Below, piece after piece: positions 45,972-58,600 of a stretch of 64,000 nucleotides of DNA. Position numbers and translations under genes: made by a program. The notes under the pieces were generated by a model. That model did not search any database, was not told where the DNA came from, and saw only the letters and a list, made by a program, of their open reading frames with translations. The DNA lies in assembly GCF_052425735.1 (NCBI RefSeq), contig NC_135770.1:10664001-10728000 (forward strand), read 5' to 3'. This DNA comes from Oculina patagonica. Its lineage: Eukaryota. Positions within the stretch are counted from its first letter, which is position 1. Each line of letters opens with the position of its first letter.

Positions 45972-47375
45972 ATGTACGTGGTGAATTCGTACCTCCATGT
46001 TCTAAAGAACATCGACTCCAGCTGGGGAGACTCGTCCAGCTCAACAGGCTCACGAAGCAGTACAAAGTCATCAAGACGAAGAAGGTCACGTACGTCTTCA
46101 CGTTCATCGCACAACTCATGCAAAGGCAGCCATGCTTACGGGAGCAGCTCAGAGAGCGGGCTATACAGCGAGGAACTTGTCAATTCTGGTTACTATGGAG
46201 ACGATGAGGTTGTCCGCTGTCGATGCCCAAAATGCCTCAGTGAAGCGCAAGCGAGAAAACCCAAGAATGACTTCGCGGCGGAATATGATATAATCAGTGT
46301 GGACTTGAGCGCGTGTTCAACGCCTAAAATAGAAATGCGCTACGTTCCTCCGATAAAACCGACAAATTTTGATGATTATATTATTATACCCTCGTCTAAA
46401 GAGGAATTCTTTGCTGGAAATCTAGCTCATAGCACTCCAATCCAACAGAAAAATACTGATGGCTTTGACGTTTGTATGGAGTCACCGATTGCGGCGTCGC
46501 ACGTCAGCGTCAACGCTCAGAACACGCTCAATGTACACTGCTCGTGTAAGTTATTGGAGGAGGAGGACAGCGGAAGTACGTCACCAAAGCCCGCTGTTTT
46601 GCACCGAGTAGCGAGTAACGGCACCGGAAGTTGTTGGTGGAGAGAAAACATTCTGTGGCAGCTAAAACAGCGAAATGAAGCACAAACCAAACGCTTTTTA
46701 CAACTTCAATCCAACACGCAAAGATGCCGCGCAAGAGTTAGAATCAATAGAGAACTCGCTGATTATTTGAATAAATGCGCTGAATTCCGGCCTCATTCGG
46801 AAGCTACGAGTAATAACGCCTTAATAAATATGGAAGTTGATCCTCTCGATAGATCTGAACTTGTTCTAGCGATAAGGAACCAAAAGACATCCAATGATGA
46901 AATGGAAGACGAAACACGTGTGCGATCGGACAGTATCGCGCATTTAGCAACCGCTTACCTCAAAAGACAGAGAACTTTGACGGAAGAAAAGATCACAGAG
47001 AGCGAAGAATCTTACTCTCCCGGATGCGCAAGACCCAGGATGAGCAGTCGCCCAGGAAAACGCGACAGGGTGCCCGGTAAAAAATGGCGGGAAAGCATTG
47101 TGAATCAGTTGGAGATGAGAAACTTTTTGGAATGCAAGTATTTCACGGACGCTTTAGCGCGCAGAACTATGTCTCAGTTGAGTATTACAGAAACTGTACC
47201 CTTACCCGGACCCGAGCGGGGTATGGACGAATATGACATCATCACAGATGATGAAGTAAGTAGCCTGGACTCCAGAAGTACTCTTATGAACTCGAATCAT
47301 TCCACGTCACAATCGCAGGGTTACTACAGTTCACCTTTCAACGGTCGTTTCTTTAGGCGCGGCAAGCGGAAATAG
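45972..47375 (+). CDS. Uncharacterised 467-aa Ser-rich protein with two ATG16L1-like ATG5-binding helix motifs and three LIR-like motifs (candidate autophagy adaptor)
   Basis: 1404-nt open frame in AT-rich DNA, splice acceptor at 45962 just upstream, internal duplicated motif WRE.I..QL..RN..[QE]...F. Function is inferred from motifs only. Confidence 0.8.
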   Translation: MYVVNSYLHVLKNIDSSWGDSSSSTGSRSSTKSSRRRRSRTSSRSSHNSCKGSHAYGSSSESGLYSEELVNSGYYGDDEVVRCRCPKCLSEAQARKPKNDFAAEYDIISVDLSACSTPKIEMRYVPPIKPTNFDDYIIIPSSKEEFFAGNLAHSTPIQQKNTDGFDVCMESPIAASHVSVNAQNTLNVHCSCKLLEEEDSGSTSPKPAVLHRVASNGTGSCWWRENILWQLKQRNEAQTKRFLQLQSNTQRCRARVRINRELADYLNKCAEFRPHSEATSNNALINMEVDPLDRSELVLAIRNQKTSNDEMEDETRVRSDSIAHLATAYLKRQRTLTEEKITESEESYSPGCARPRMSSRPGKRDRVPGKKWRESIVNQLEMRNFLECKYFTDALARRTMSQLSITETVPLPGPERGMDEYDIITDDEVSSLDSRSTLMNSNHSTSQSQGYYSSPFNGRFFRRGKRK

Positions 47376-50300
47376 GGTCCAGGCTCCGGTTGCAAAGGCC
47401 GACGAACAGATATCTTTTTTAGCACGACTTGAAGAAGAACTAAGTATTAATAGGGAGACATTCTTTATTCAGACCATGGTTGTACAAAGTCAGATGAACA
47501 CTAATCTAAGGATTAGTAAAAGTTAACTGAGATTTTGTTCCTTGTTTTTGCACTAAATGCGTCACAAACGAATTTTAAAAAATATATAAATTGGCATTTA
47601 CAGAAGTCAATTTGCCTCATTAATAAGTTAAATTATTTACAAATTCAAGAAATATGTCTGCCTTGGAATACATCAATCCGACTTTGAACAATTGGGCCCT
47701 GGCGTTTCTTCAAACCCGAATCGTTCCCAACCAAACTGATTAATTTTTCAACTTGGGCCCTTCACAACCATTTGATATCCATATAAATACATAACGTCGG
47801 GCAAGCAGTTTGGGTCGCAGTTTCTGAATCTAAACGATGTCAAAACAGAGAGCTATAAATGTTTAAGTAGATAATATATTAACTGTTTTATAGAAAGATG
47901 TCTGACAAAATGTATCGCTCGGCCTTAACATAACTTACTCTTCATTTGCGAGAGAACCTTAATATATTCTTAACTTGTAAAGAACTTTGAAACAAAGCGA
48001 TTCATCCGAATAAACCAGCCACTATTTTGTGAATTCGTAGTACATGTACTAATTTATAATGGTCTGTAATTCCTATTCTAAAGGGTTTTTATTTTTAGGG
48101 GTATTGACATATAATTTATCGCAGACTGTGATGTAACTGCTTTATTTAACTACATTCAACAATCAGCTTATACGCAGTCAACTAGTGCCAAGTCTGCAAC
48201 AAGAACTTTTGGAAATCGTTTTTGTACTATCGGTGTTGAAAATTTATTAATTTTTTTGGTCATCGCAAGCCTGCCCTAATCGAATATAAAAAAACATGAT
48301 TTACTGGTCTGCAACGCAAGGTGGCGGAGCAGGGAGGGGTGGGGTTGGTGCGGGGCTCGAATAGCAGAGAATTCTCATCATTCCTTTCCGAATGATATTC
48401 CATAACGCCGGGTTTTTCATCTTCTTACCTTCTTTTCCGGGCAAAATATTTTTCGAGGTTTCTCTAGATTTGAATGCAGTTTAATGGCGCGATACAACAT
48501 CGTTCGTATGCAACCTTGTAAGCAACGTGACCAATTGAATGCAACCTACACTACACGTGCACAAATCTGCCTCGCCTCCAGGCGTCCTCCTCCTTGGTCG
48601 TGCACGGCTCGCTTGGCGTTACCATCAACCCCTGCGCACCATGTTTTCCCGCCTTTCCCCCTAAAACCGCCTTAACCAATTAATGCAATCGGCGCCTGGG
48701 GACGAGGCAGTGCTCTAGTTTTGGTAACTGCCGGAGTTAGAATCGTTAATCTTGGCGGAAAATTCTTGTGAGTTCTTAAATATTGAGAGCTCAGTAGGAA
48801 AGAAATGACTAACCTACCGCGCTGTACATACTTTGTTGTTGCATGTTGTTTCACTACTGCTGTCGAAGTTGGGTTTCTGTTTATATAACAAAGATAACCT
48901 TTCCTGGGGTGCATGATAAACTTATTCAAGTTGTTGATAGACGGCTATAGTAGAGTCTCTATTTCTATAGATTAAGATTTTCGTAATGTCATTTTTTTAG
49001 AGCACCTCTTATTCGTTACTGTTTCGTTTGTAGCCAGTATAACTTCTTTCCAGGGTCTATTCTGCAAGCGTTCTAAAAAAACTCTACCTCGAAAAGAGAT
49101 GTATTTTTTGCTTGTAACGAATACCATTACCACTATTGGAACAGTTCCATTGGCCAAGGTAATGTTGTGTTTTTCAAATTCTCTCGGATGTGAAATTAAA
49201 CTTGGGAGTTTTCACATTCTATGGAAAACGCTTGATATTCAAAAGTAAATATATATCGAATTAGCCGTCAATCAAACAAAACATTCCAACTACTTTTAAA
49301 AAAGTTATGCTATGTAGAACATGATGCGCATAGGTATCTTGAATATGTTTTTCTATTTAATGACTTATTAACTATAACACTTTTCGGTCGTAAGACTGTA
49401 TCGGGCTCAAAGCCCGCGGGCTCTTCGGTCAGCAGATGGTACGAGATTGCAGTCAAACGCAAAATTTCAATGTACTTCCGGTTTCTTTCCATTCAGACGA
49501 GACGAGGGAAAAAGCTTGTAGATAAAAATGATTAAATTTTCTATGCATGCTCGGTGTAAAAAGCTTGAAAGTAGAGGATTTAACAAAATGTGGGACATTT
49601 GACAACAACAGTTTTGGCGGGAATTGCTCGGATCAAGCTTTGATCGACAAAGAATGTTCAAATCAATACAAATCAAACTCAATAGACAAGCTAGGCGTTA
49701 AATAGCACAAAATTGTTATAACTTTATTGGGCCCTGTCTAAACGCAACAATTTGAAACTATGGCCTGAAGAAGGAAAAATCTTTTACAAAACGTAACTTT
49801 AATTTCTGGTAATCTGCACGCCGAGATATTTTTTCTCTTTTGCTGTCACTACACTGTCACGAAAAATGCTATAAACAGACACGACGATACGAATCTCTCT
49901 ATGAATTTAAATGTATATTATACTGTTTACAGTAATATAGCCTGCCTTTCTCGTTTACCAAATGCGCACACAAAAACTACACAGACGCCTGCTACGCAGG
50001 TTAACAGTGATCAAAATTAGAAACCCTGCGCAGCGTAGGTGCTAAATTTATGAATGACAAAATAGGTAAATACTACGCTGTAGTCAAAATACTTTTCGCA
50101 ACAGTGAAATTCTTTATATTATACAGATATTGTTTTATTACACTAAAGGCCTGTTTATAGGAAGAAAAGTTGTCCATTGTAGGGGGTCCATACCCAGAAA
50201 CTCCGGGCGAAGAAATTTTTCATACGTTTCTTTATAAATAACCGCGAAACGTTTACACTAGAAATCACAAAGAATCAATTTTTGGCTAGGTTAGCAGAGA

Positions 50301-50710
50301 CAATTTTTTCACGAAAACGTTCTGTAAAAAATGCTCGGAAGGGGGATAATCTCCCAATCAGAGATAAGTTTTCTCTCTATAAACAAGACCTTAAAAAGGT
50401 TTTGCGGTTTACAGTCTTTTTCGTTTGAAAACCCCTCCTTTCTCAACATTGCTAATAAAGCAGTTTCATAATGCGTATATTTAGGGCAGAAATATTTTTC
50501 TTCTCTCCCTTTCAAGATTGAAGAGTAAACTTCTCTCAAATAACTTTATGTTTTTCATAAGCGAAAAAATCACTTTGAAAAAACACCTCGTCACATCTTA
50601 CATTGGCAAACATTAAATAACATCACCCACACGGCTTGTTGTAGGTGGATGGTAACTAACGTCAAGTTCCATCACGTCATGAAAAAGGCTCTTGGTTGCC
50701 ATGACGACAT

Positions 50711-52604
50711 TTAAAACATGTCTTGACACCGCGTGTCTCTGTTTCTCTCTCTGCGTTTTCTCGACTGTCGCTTCAATCTTCGCCGCCTTTCTTTCAAGAA
50801 CTTCTTGCAGTTTTCTCCTCCCAGCTTGCGCATCCAAGTGCAAAGATGGTAGATGTCTCTCTCGTTGAATCGCAAAACGGCGTTGTAGTTGACACGGTAA
50901 TGGCGCGTCCCCGTAAGGTAGCTGTAATATGAAGGGCGCACGTGCCCACTGCAGGTCGGTCCTGTAACCCTGTTTACAACTCGGTCACGGTTGCCTGAAA
51001 ATACTCCAATTACATAGCGTTCAAATTTCTTGGTGCCTCGTATTTTGTGAAGTTCGTAGACACCAGCACCTGATGAACCCGCTGTGGCGTCACAGCAGTG
51101 GAAAAGCATGTTGGCTGTGAGGGTCTCAACACGACATGTCCTAAAATAAAATAACAACAGCAAGTTAGGCTAAGATAAAGATACCAGTAGCCGCTTAAAC
51201 CAAGGGGGACAAAAGACGGGTCGGGGTTAGGATACTTATCCTCCCAACCCCACAACACTCCCCCCCCCCCCCCCCCTCCTCCAATTTGCTGGACTTTCTG
51301 GGACGTACTCTAAAAAAGATTCTTTAGATTTTGTGAGAAAGACGTGCAAAAACTTTACTTGCTCCAAATCGGTGAATAACAAGATAAAATCATATGTCGA
51401 TGCATGTATCCAGTGACGGGTCTTTTGACAGGCTCGGAAGAATTATGCAGGTGAAAGTGCTTGTTTATAATTTCATAATTAAAGAGTACCTTCCGCTTTT
51501 CACGATGGTTCTGACACGCGACTCCGCCTTTTCCCCTCCCCATCCTCACACATGTAGGGGTGACCTAATGGTTAGCATGTAGCACGCTGGACCTGCAGAT
51601 TGAGCGGTCCGGGTTCGAGCCCACACCGGGGTCACTGTTTTGTGTTCTTGGGCAAGACACGTAACTCTCATCCACCCAGGTGTATAAATGGGTGCGATGG
51701 ACTAGCATCCCATCCAGGGTGAAGTAGAATACTCCTAGTCGCTTCATGCTTCTGAAACCGGGAAAAGCTCCGGCCTCCCTTACCTAAACATAACAGCCGG
51801 TACCAGGGATGATTTCTAAGGAGCCTATAAGCTCTTCATTTATTAAACAAACCTGTATAACATGGTGCCTTCATCTCTGTCCTCGTCAAATGCCGTCAAA
51901 TGGATGGCTTTGTGGGCGCATGCCGTTTTATAGAAGAACGTTTTGCTCGGAGCAATGGGCAGGAAGCAGCGACTGTGGTTTTTGCTTAACTTGATGAGGG
52001 CGTAGTCATACCTCGTGGCAGTAGGATCGCTGCCATTCTTCCACAGCTTTGACATCTTGGTAGAACTGACAGCGTGCCATACTGTGGTACCGTTTTTCAA
52101 CAGGAAGCCCACTCGTAGGCTTTTGTACCCATCTACGTAATGGCTTCCGTTATGAAGGCAATGGGCTGAAGTGAGAACGTGCTTAGGTGAGACCAGGACT
52201 CCAGAGCAGCCAGTAGATAGCATTACCGACGCTGAAAAGGGACATTTTTCGATGAAGTCTCGAGGTACCACGAGACGGTTGTCCGCTTTAAACACAACTC
52301 TCTTGGACCGGTGATTCACAGACTTGGATGCCGAATTTTGCTGCGACTTTGAGATTGTCGATTCGACATTTCCGAAGCTTGGATCGTCTCCGCCATGGCC
52401 TGCCTTGAATTTTAGACTTTGTGTTTTTTCCTTGCCATTTACGGACACCATTCTGCTATAGTCATCTAGAGAGTTGACGATGCTCTTGCCAAACGACTCT
52501 TTGTAGCGCCAAGTTCGGTCCGCTTGAATAGCTTCTTTAGACAGGCCAAAGACTATTGAAGCTTTCACTGCCATCACAATGAGAAATGCAAACGAAATCG
52601 CCAT
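50711..52604 (-). CDS. PRSS23: Secreted PRSS23/PRSS35-like serine protease, 393 aa; exons 51853-52604 and 50711-51140
   Basis: Signal peptide, furin site RSKR, STGCSGVLVSPKHVLTSAHC (His), YDYALIKL (Asp), CDATAGSSGAGVY (Ser), VIGVFSG, YNAVLR; phase-2 junction. Family-level call; orthology untested. Confidence 0.87.
51557..51785 (+). mobile_element. tRNA-derived SINE, family B (CORE/Meta-like body), intronic
   Basis: B box GGTTCGAGCCC; TGTGTTCTTGGGCAAGACAC..TCCACCCAGGTGTATAAATGGGT body; family B tail. Confidence 0.8.
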
Positions 52605-55600
52605 GTTATCACTTAGCAAAAGGGCGAATCTTGTTAAGACCTTCGACTTTATACACTCCGCAGGCAACCTGAAAACAATTAAAGATCAATGCATCAAATT
52701 CTACCAATATCGTAGCAACACCACTTTAACATGAATGATTCGTTAAAACTACATTATTACGGTTTTAGCTTCGTTGAACAGGAAGCTTTCTTCATATGGT
52801 AAACAGGCGCATTGAAAAGACCACAAAGGCATGTACAAATGCCCGCTAATCAGCTTTTGTTTCTGTATTGTTTTTCAAGACCTGTGTTATAAGCTCAGTT
52901 AATCATAAGGCCTCGCATAGTTTGAGTGGTTTTCTTTATAACCTCAAAACAAAACAAATACTTCAGAGTAAGATGCATGACTCATGAGAAATATGAAACT
53001 AGCTCGTCAGTCAGTATATACCGCGAAATTAAGTCGCGTGCCAGTACAAGTCACTAATGCATGATTCATTGATAAGGACCAAAATTTTAAGGCGTATAGT
53101 TTTACAGTATTACAATTATTTTAGCAATAACGCCAGATAAATAGATGTAAGACGATAAGATCAAATCTGAAAAGCTAGCAAGAAATTAGCACATCCCTCC
53201 TATTAAAAGAAATAAGAAATGAATACAAGGAATTAATGGAGAATAAATTTACGGAAGAAAATGAATAAAATGAGAAAAATATCATTGCAAGAAAACTAAC
53301 CAGCAAATGACCAAAACTATTATCCAAAAATCAGAGTTTTACCCTCAAATTGTTACTCTAGTGATTTTTCTGCAAGAAGCCCGTGTAACTCACATGATTT
53401 CAAATCGTGGAGAGATTTTAAGAATTTTTTTGCCGTGTTGTAAGCCGGGTGCCTGCAGCGAGACATCATGTACAGACACAGTCAAAAAACACTTGAACAA
53501 TTCACCCCCACGCTCTGAGCCGTCACTCAAATCTCCAGATTCTGTCGTGTTTTCTTCTTGTTTGCCGAGAAGTAAGAATATTTACGCGAACCCTGTGGCT
53601 CTCACCAGGAAAACAAACAAGCTGAAATCCAAATTTCCGGTGAAAAGCACGGAAAAACACCTCTTGCGCTCTTAAGGGTTGTCTGTGAGTATCCACAACC
53701 GGTGTTACATGGGCGAGAATGTAAACTTTGAAGTCGTTTCGAAATACTATCTCGTTTTTAACTGAATCACAAGCGAATATTGATTTGCCACTGCAAATAG
53801 AGGGGGGGGGTTAGATAAGAATTCGAAACTGTTGCGCTTATTTATATGCGACACATTTCAAACAAATCTAATTGCTGTATACGATTACTCGAATCTAAAC
53901 ACTCTTCTTTACACAAGAGCCATTCGCAATAAACATCAAGACTTTGTTTGTTCAACGCTACTTAAAAATCGTGCAATATTTACAGCAAGACGGATTAAAG
54001 GATTATAGACTGAGAGCATTTGAAAACACTGAGTATACTTCTGCACGGGCATATAGACAGTTTACACACGACATTTTAAGACATAAAGAGTAAAGCAAAT
54101 TCATCGGTTCTTGTACACAAATACGAACAGAAGTAGTACATACCACGTATTATTAGAGAAGCGAGCTCGAGAGTCAAGTTGAACGGTGCACCCCACGAAA
54201 GATGTGCTCTCTGCAAGCTATCACAACTTGAATGTGCAACAAATGACACTTAAAAGGGTTTTAAAACCCACGGATCAAAGAACCACACAAAGTCACGCAA
54301 ACTAACGCTCCGTTATTTAAAGCACAAACGTCACATAATTAGAAAATGCTGTAAAAAGCAGACATACAATTCCACGGGTGAATACAACGTTTTGTTGTCA
54401 GTAAGACTTTCTTTAATCGTAAGATTTATGAGTAAAAAAATTAACTCGCTGAAACGAATCACGTACTTTTCGGGTGGTCGGCGTTTCGCCTTTAACTGGC
54501 TTCCTGTGATTATTTCTGTTTGTTCATGTGGTGTAGCGAAACACGACCAGCTGAAAGTCTTGCGGTTTGCTTGTTAAGCTAAGGTTATCAATGAATTTTT
54601 CGACTGCATCTTGGAAGGTGATACTATAAAAATATCGGACTATATCCACCTCCCGGGCAGATACGGACACATAAGTGAGTCAAGACCGACCTAATTTTCC
54701 GTTCTTTTACAAAGAAATGTTGCCACTAAAATGATACAACTGAAAATGTATTCACAACGAAAACTGTTTTCATAATAAGCGTTTTTGTTTCCCACAAGAT
54801 ACTTTTGCTGACAGCTATGCTGAGCCGATGTCAGTAATGATTGCAGTCATAGAAGCCCTGGATGAATGACTAATTTCTCATTTAGTTGAAACGGCGGTCA
54901 TTCTTGTCGTTTCAGCACCGCCACATGGCCACCTTAAATCTGTTTCAGGCATGCGTATTGACTCAATCGCCTAGTTAACACGGCACACGACCAAAAGCGT
55001 GAAAGCGTGATTTAATACATGGCGCGAAAATGTGATTTTTGTGAGTATCAAACGTGATTGGCCACACAGACTAAGCTACTAGGTAAATGCGTTGCCCTCA
55101 TGAGATCGAGTTGGTTGGCTCGAATTATATCGAGAGGTTCAGGCTGGGATGGCCCTACGAAAACAACGAAATTTATGAAAATTACGTAAAATCGCTAACT
55201 CATTCAGTTGTCTTCAAAAGAAATCGTTGTAAACCATTTCATGTTGGCGTCAAGTTTGTACGTGTGTGCGTTTTATTATTATCTTCTTTTATCTTTTGAT
55301 TGGTTGAGAGACCACTACGTCACTTACAAATCACTGTCTGCAAGACTGCAAATAATACTCTGCTCATGCGCATTACCGTTTAACAAATAGTATTCTGGTC
55401 GTGCGCAGTACAATTCATCTTTGAGAGAATTGCGGATCCTTGGCGGAAACCTTTGCAAGTATTAAAGGCAGCGTGCGCTTTTCATCTCTCTGTTAAAAGT
55501 GTACAATACAGAAAAAGTTTGAAAACAACTGAAGTTTAATGATAATTAAATGGATGAAATATTTTTTAAAGTAGGATACCTGAAATATCGTGATTTCTCA

Positions 55601-58600
55601 GTCTCGCAAATCGATTATTTGGCTTTGAAATACTTTTAACTTTCTTATCAAAACGTTGAAGGCAATCGTGATGGCTTTGTAGGCTCTTTGTGAGTGGTTC
55701 TCTTCACCCAGGTGAATAAATACATGCCTGTCGGCCATTGCTCTTGGCGAACTGACAGAAAGCTGTGGCGACACCTGCGATGGACAAGCATTCCATCTAC
55801 GAGGAATAACAAGAATTTGAACTGTGTCGCTTAATACTAAGAAAAACGGAGCTAGCTTGGGCAGTTGAGGGCGACGTTTCATCGTGGAATTACTGAAATT
55901 TTAATAATCCGAGCCTTCAACTGAAGGTCAAACAGCTTGACTCTCCGTGGGTTCCTTTGGATAATTATGCTTTCAGCAAATACTGCTTTTGCTATCATTA
56001 TACGTTTCACCAATTATGTTCCAAGAGCCGATTTTGATGTTGCGAAATTCAACTTGAAACAATCAAGCAAAGAGAAAATTTGACCAGAAAAATGACGAGC
56101 GGAAACGAGGCCTAAAATTTGAACAGAAAAATAAAAACAATTGTGTGTTTTCTTTTCTTTTTATGAAGCTTTTAACTTTTTTGCTATAAACTAGGATCTT
56201 TCAGCTTTGTGGACGAACCAAGAAGAATGAAAGGAAATATTTTTCTCGGCCACATTCCTCGATGGCGTCAAGTAAACAAAATGCACTCGATGCTTGGCGA
56301 AATAGTTTTCAAGTTTTCGATTAATCGGCAGGTTTTAAAATGGTTTACTCAGCACGGATGCTAAATATTAAATCTAATTAACACTGTAGCAGACTTTTAC
56401 TTACCCGAGTCGCCATTTTTTTACTTTTGATATACCGTATATCAAACTGAAAAATTAAATTAACCGGATTATGCTTTCCAGATCAACTAGCGAACTTGTT
56501 AATTCATACTGATTTATCCTATAATTTTATAACAACCCGAACATTATTACTAGCACTAAAATGAGCTGTAGAATGACACTTAAGTTTTCCACTAAAAGCA
56601 AATTTGCCGGAAACTTTCATAAATAAAAATCAGTTTAATGTTCTCTACAGCATTTGTTAACCGTCGATGGTCATAAAAACAAAACGCATCAAAAAAAATA
56701 TTTTTAAAATCCCTGATTTTGGTGTGTTTAGGGCAGTGCAAGCTTTAGAGGATAATCTTTTTCTTTCTTTACACGATTCCCAGGAATGCTGCTGATTAAA
56801 TTTCGATGTGACTGAAATTATGCTCAATGCGCTTGGTATACCGTAAAAAAAAATGTATCAAAGAAGAGAAAAAAAAACTTTACAAAGCTTCTTAATCCAA
56901 AAAAGATTAAGAAAATCTCCTAGTAAAAATTCTAACTTAGTGATTTACAAAACAAGGAAATCACAGCTTACCCAGTTTATCTGCAATCCTTCCCGGCTAC
57001 TTGACGAGTAAAAGAAGTGTACATTTATTGCTTGTTTTATAGTCAAGAGCCCATTATTAGTTTCCGGCTTGTTAATTGCGTGTTCCCGGCTATCTGTCTG
57101 GCTTAGTTTCTCCGCTTGTCAACGCGTGGTCAGTACATTCAATAGCAATTTAATTCCTGTGTCTGTGAAAATGCTCACCTTTCCAATTTCCGAAGTTTAC
57201 ACGCAAAGAGGGGGGCGGTTTCTGGGTACGTGACTATTTAAACTAATATAAGAGAAGATATGAGAAGATAAAAGAAAAACATAGGATAAAACAAGAGCAA
57301 ATATTGAAAGGTTATTGAAAATGATTTTCAGCAACACATTTTCCTTTTGTAAACTAATTATAAAGATTTGAAACCTCTAATGAGTGTGGTTTTCGTGTTA
57401 GTCTTCTCGGCGACATCTGTTGACTACATCACAGGTGTTCTGCTTATTCACCGGGCAATAACAAAACGTACTTGACCTGCCAAAGTTGTTCCATAACTTT
57501 TTCTTTACTTTGGTGTGAGGGGGATTGTTTTTTCCTGTGAACTTGAGTTTCCGAAAGGCAATCTGAAAAGTTGCCCTGTTTTCGTTGCTCTTTAATACAA
57601 TATAAACCGAATAAAACAAAGTTGTTTTGTTTGAAATGCACTGAAATGTTTACAAACTCGTATACACCGGGTATATCATTTTTATGTGTCTCTCTTAAAA
57701 GAGGTCAATAAAGAGCAAATATTTCTCAATTAACAGCACAAAGATTCTTCTATAAGTGATATTATGCATACCCTTTAGGTTAAACAAGCTATGAAAAAAA
57801 AAATTAGAAACTAAACACAAAAATTTATTGATGTCAGTGGTTCTATTTTCCTTTGAAAAATTGTTTACTTCATGATCATGCAAAAATTCACCTAACGATT
57901 ACCAGAAAGACTTGTCTCTCCCATTAGGTTTCTTTCAGAAAATTCTCCGTTTTATATTCTGCGGAGTAGACTTTATTGAAAATGAATTTCAAACACAAAA
58001 TTGGGCACTTAAAAAAATATTTTGACAAAAGTTGATATTTCTACAAAGGAATTTCTGCTCAGTCTTCCATTCACAAGGGAACAGAGCGAGTTGGCTCGGG
58101 GGTGTTTCGTTGTTCCAATATCCGGGATTCTGTCAGTATTCAAGGCGCCGTAGATTTCAGTACCTGACTAGGCGGTAGGTCAAGCTGCTCTCATCAGACT
58201 CTCACGAACTTATGACTGTCAGCATTCCAATAAAAATTACTTGCACGCGGGGTAGATTTTTTATATTCTCTGTTGCCTATGCCCTGGGGCAAAATGTTTT
58301 ATTCCGTGAAATTAACCACAGAAGCACTGAAGCAGCAGCCGAATTTGTGTAAAACGTGCAGTTATATAATTTCATGAATTTCATCTACAAGTTACGTTAG
58401 CCCATTTCGTGCGGTCGTCTGGTAATTAATGATTTATTTTTCTTTGAAAGAAACCATTAAGATAAACAGTGGTTTATTGACTCACTAGAAGTTTAATGAT
58501 TTTCCGGAGAAAAGGGACATTTTGGTGAAGTTCCAGAGAAAATAATTGACCGTACCTGGCAATGAGTCCAATAAGTGATATTTTGTCTTTTTAAAAAGGA

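Noticed and set aside
58080-58200. CTGATGA...GAAA on the minus strand, a possible hammerhead ribozyme
   Set aside because: I could not form stem II or stems I/III around the core.
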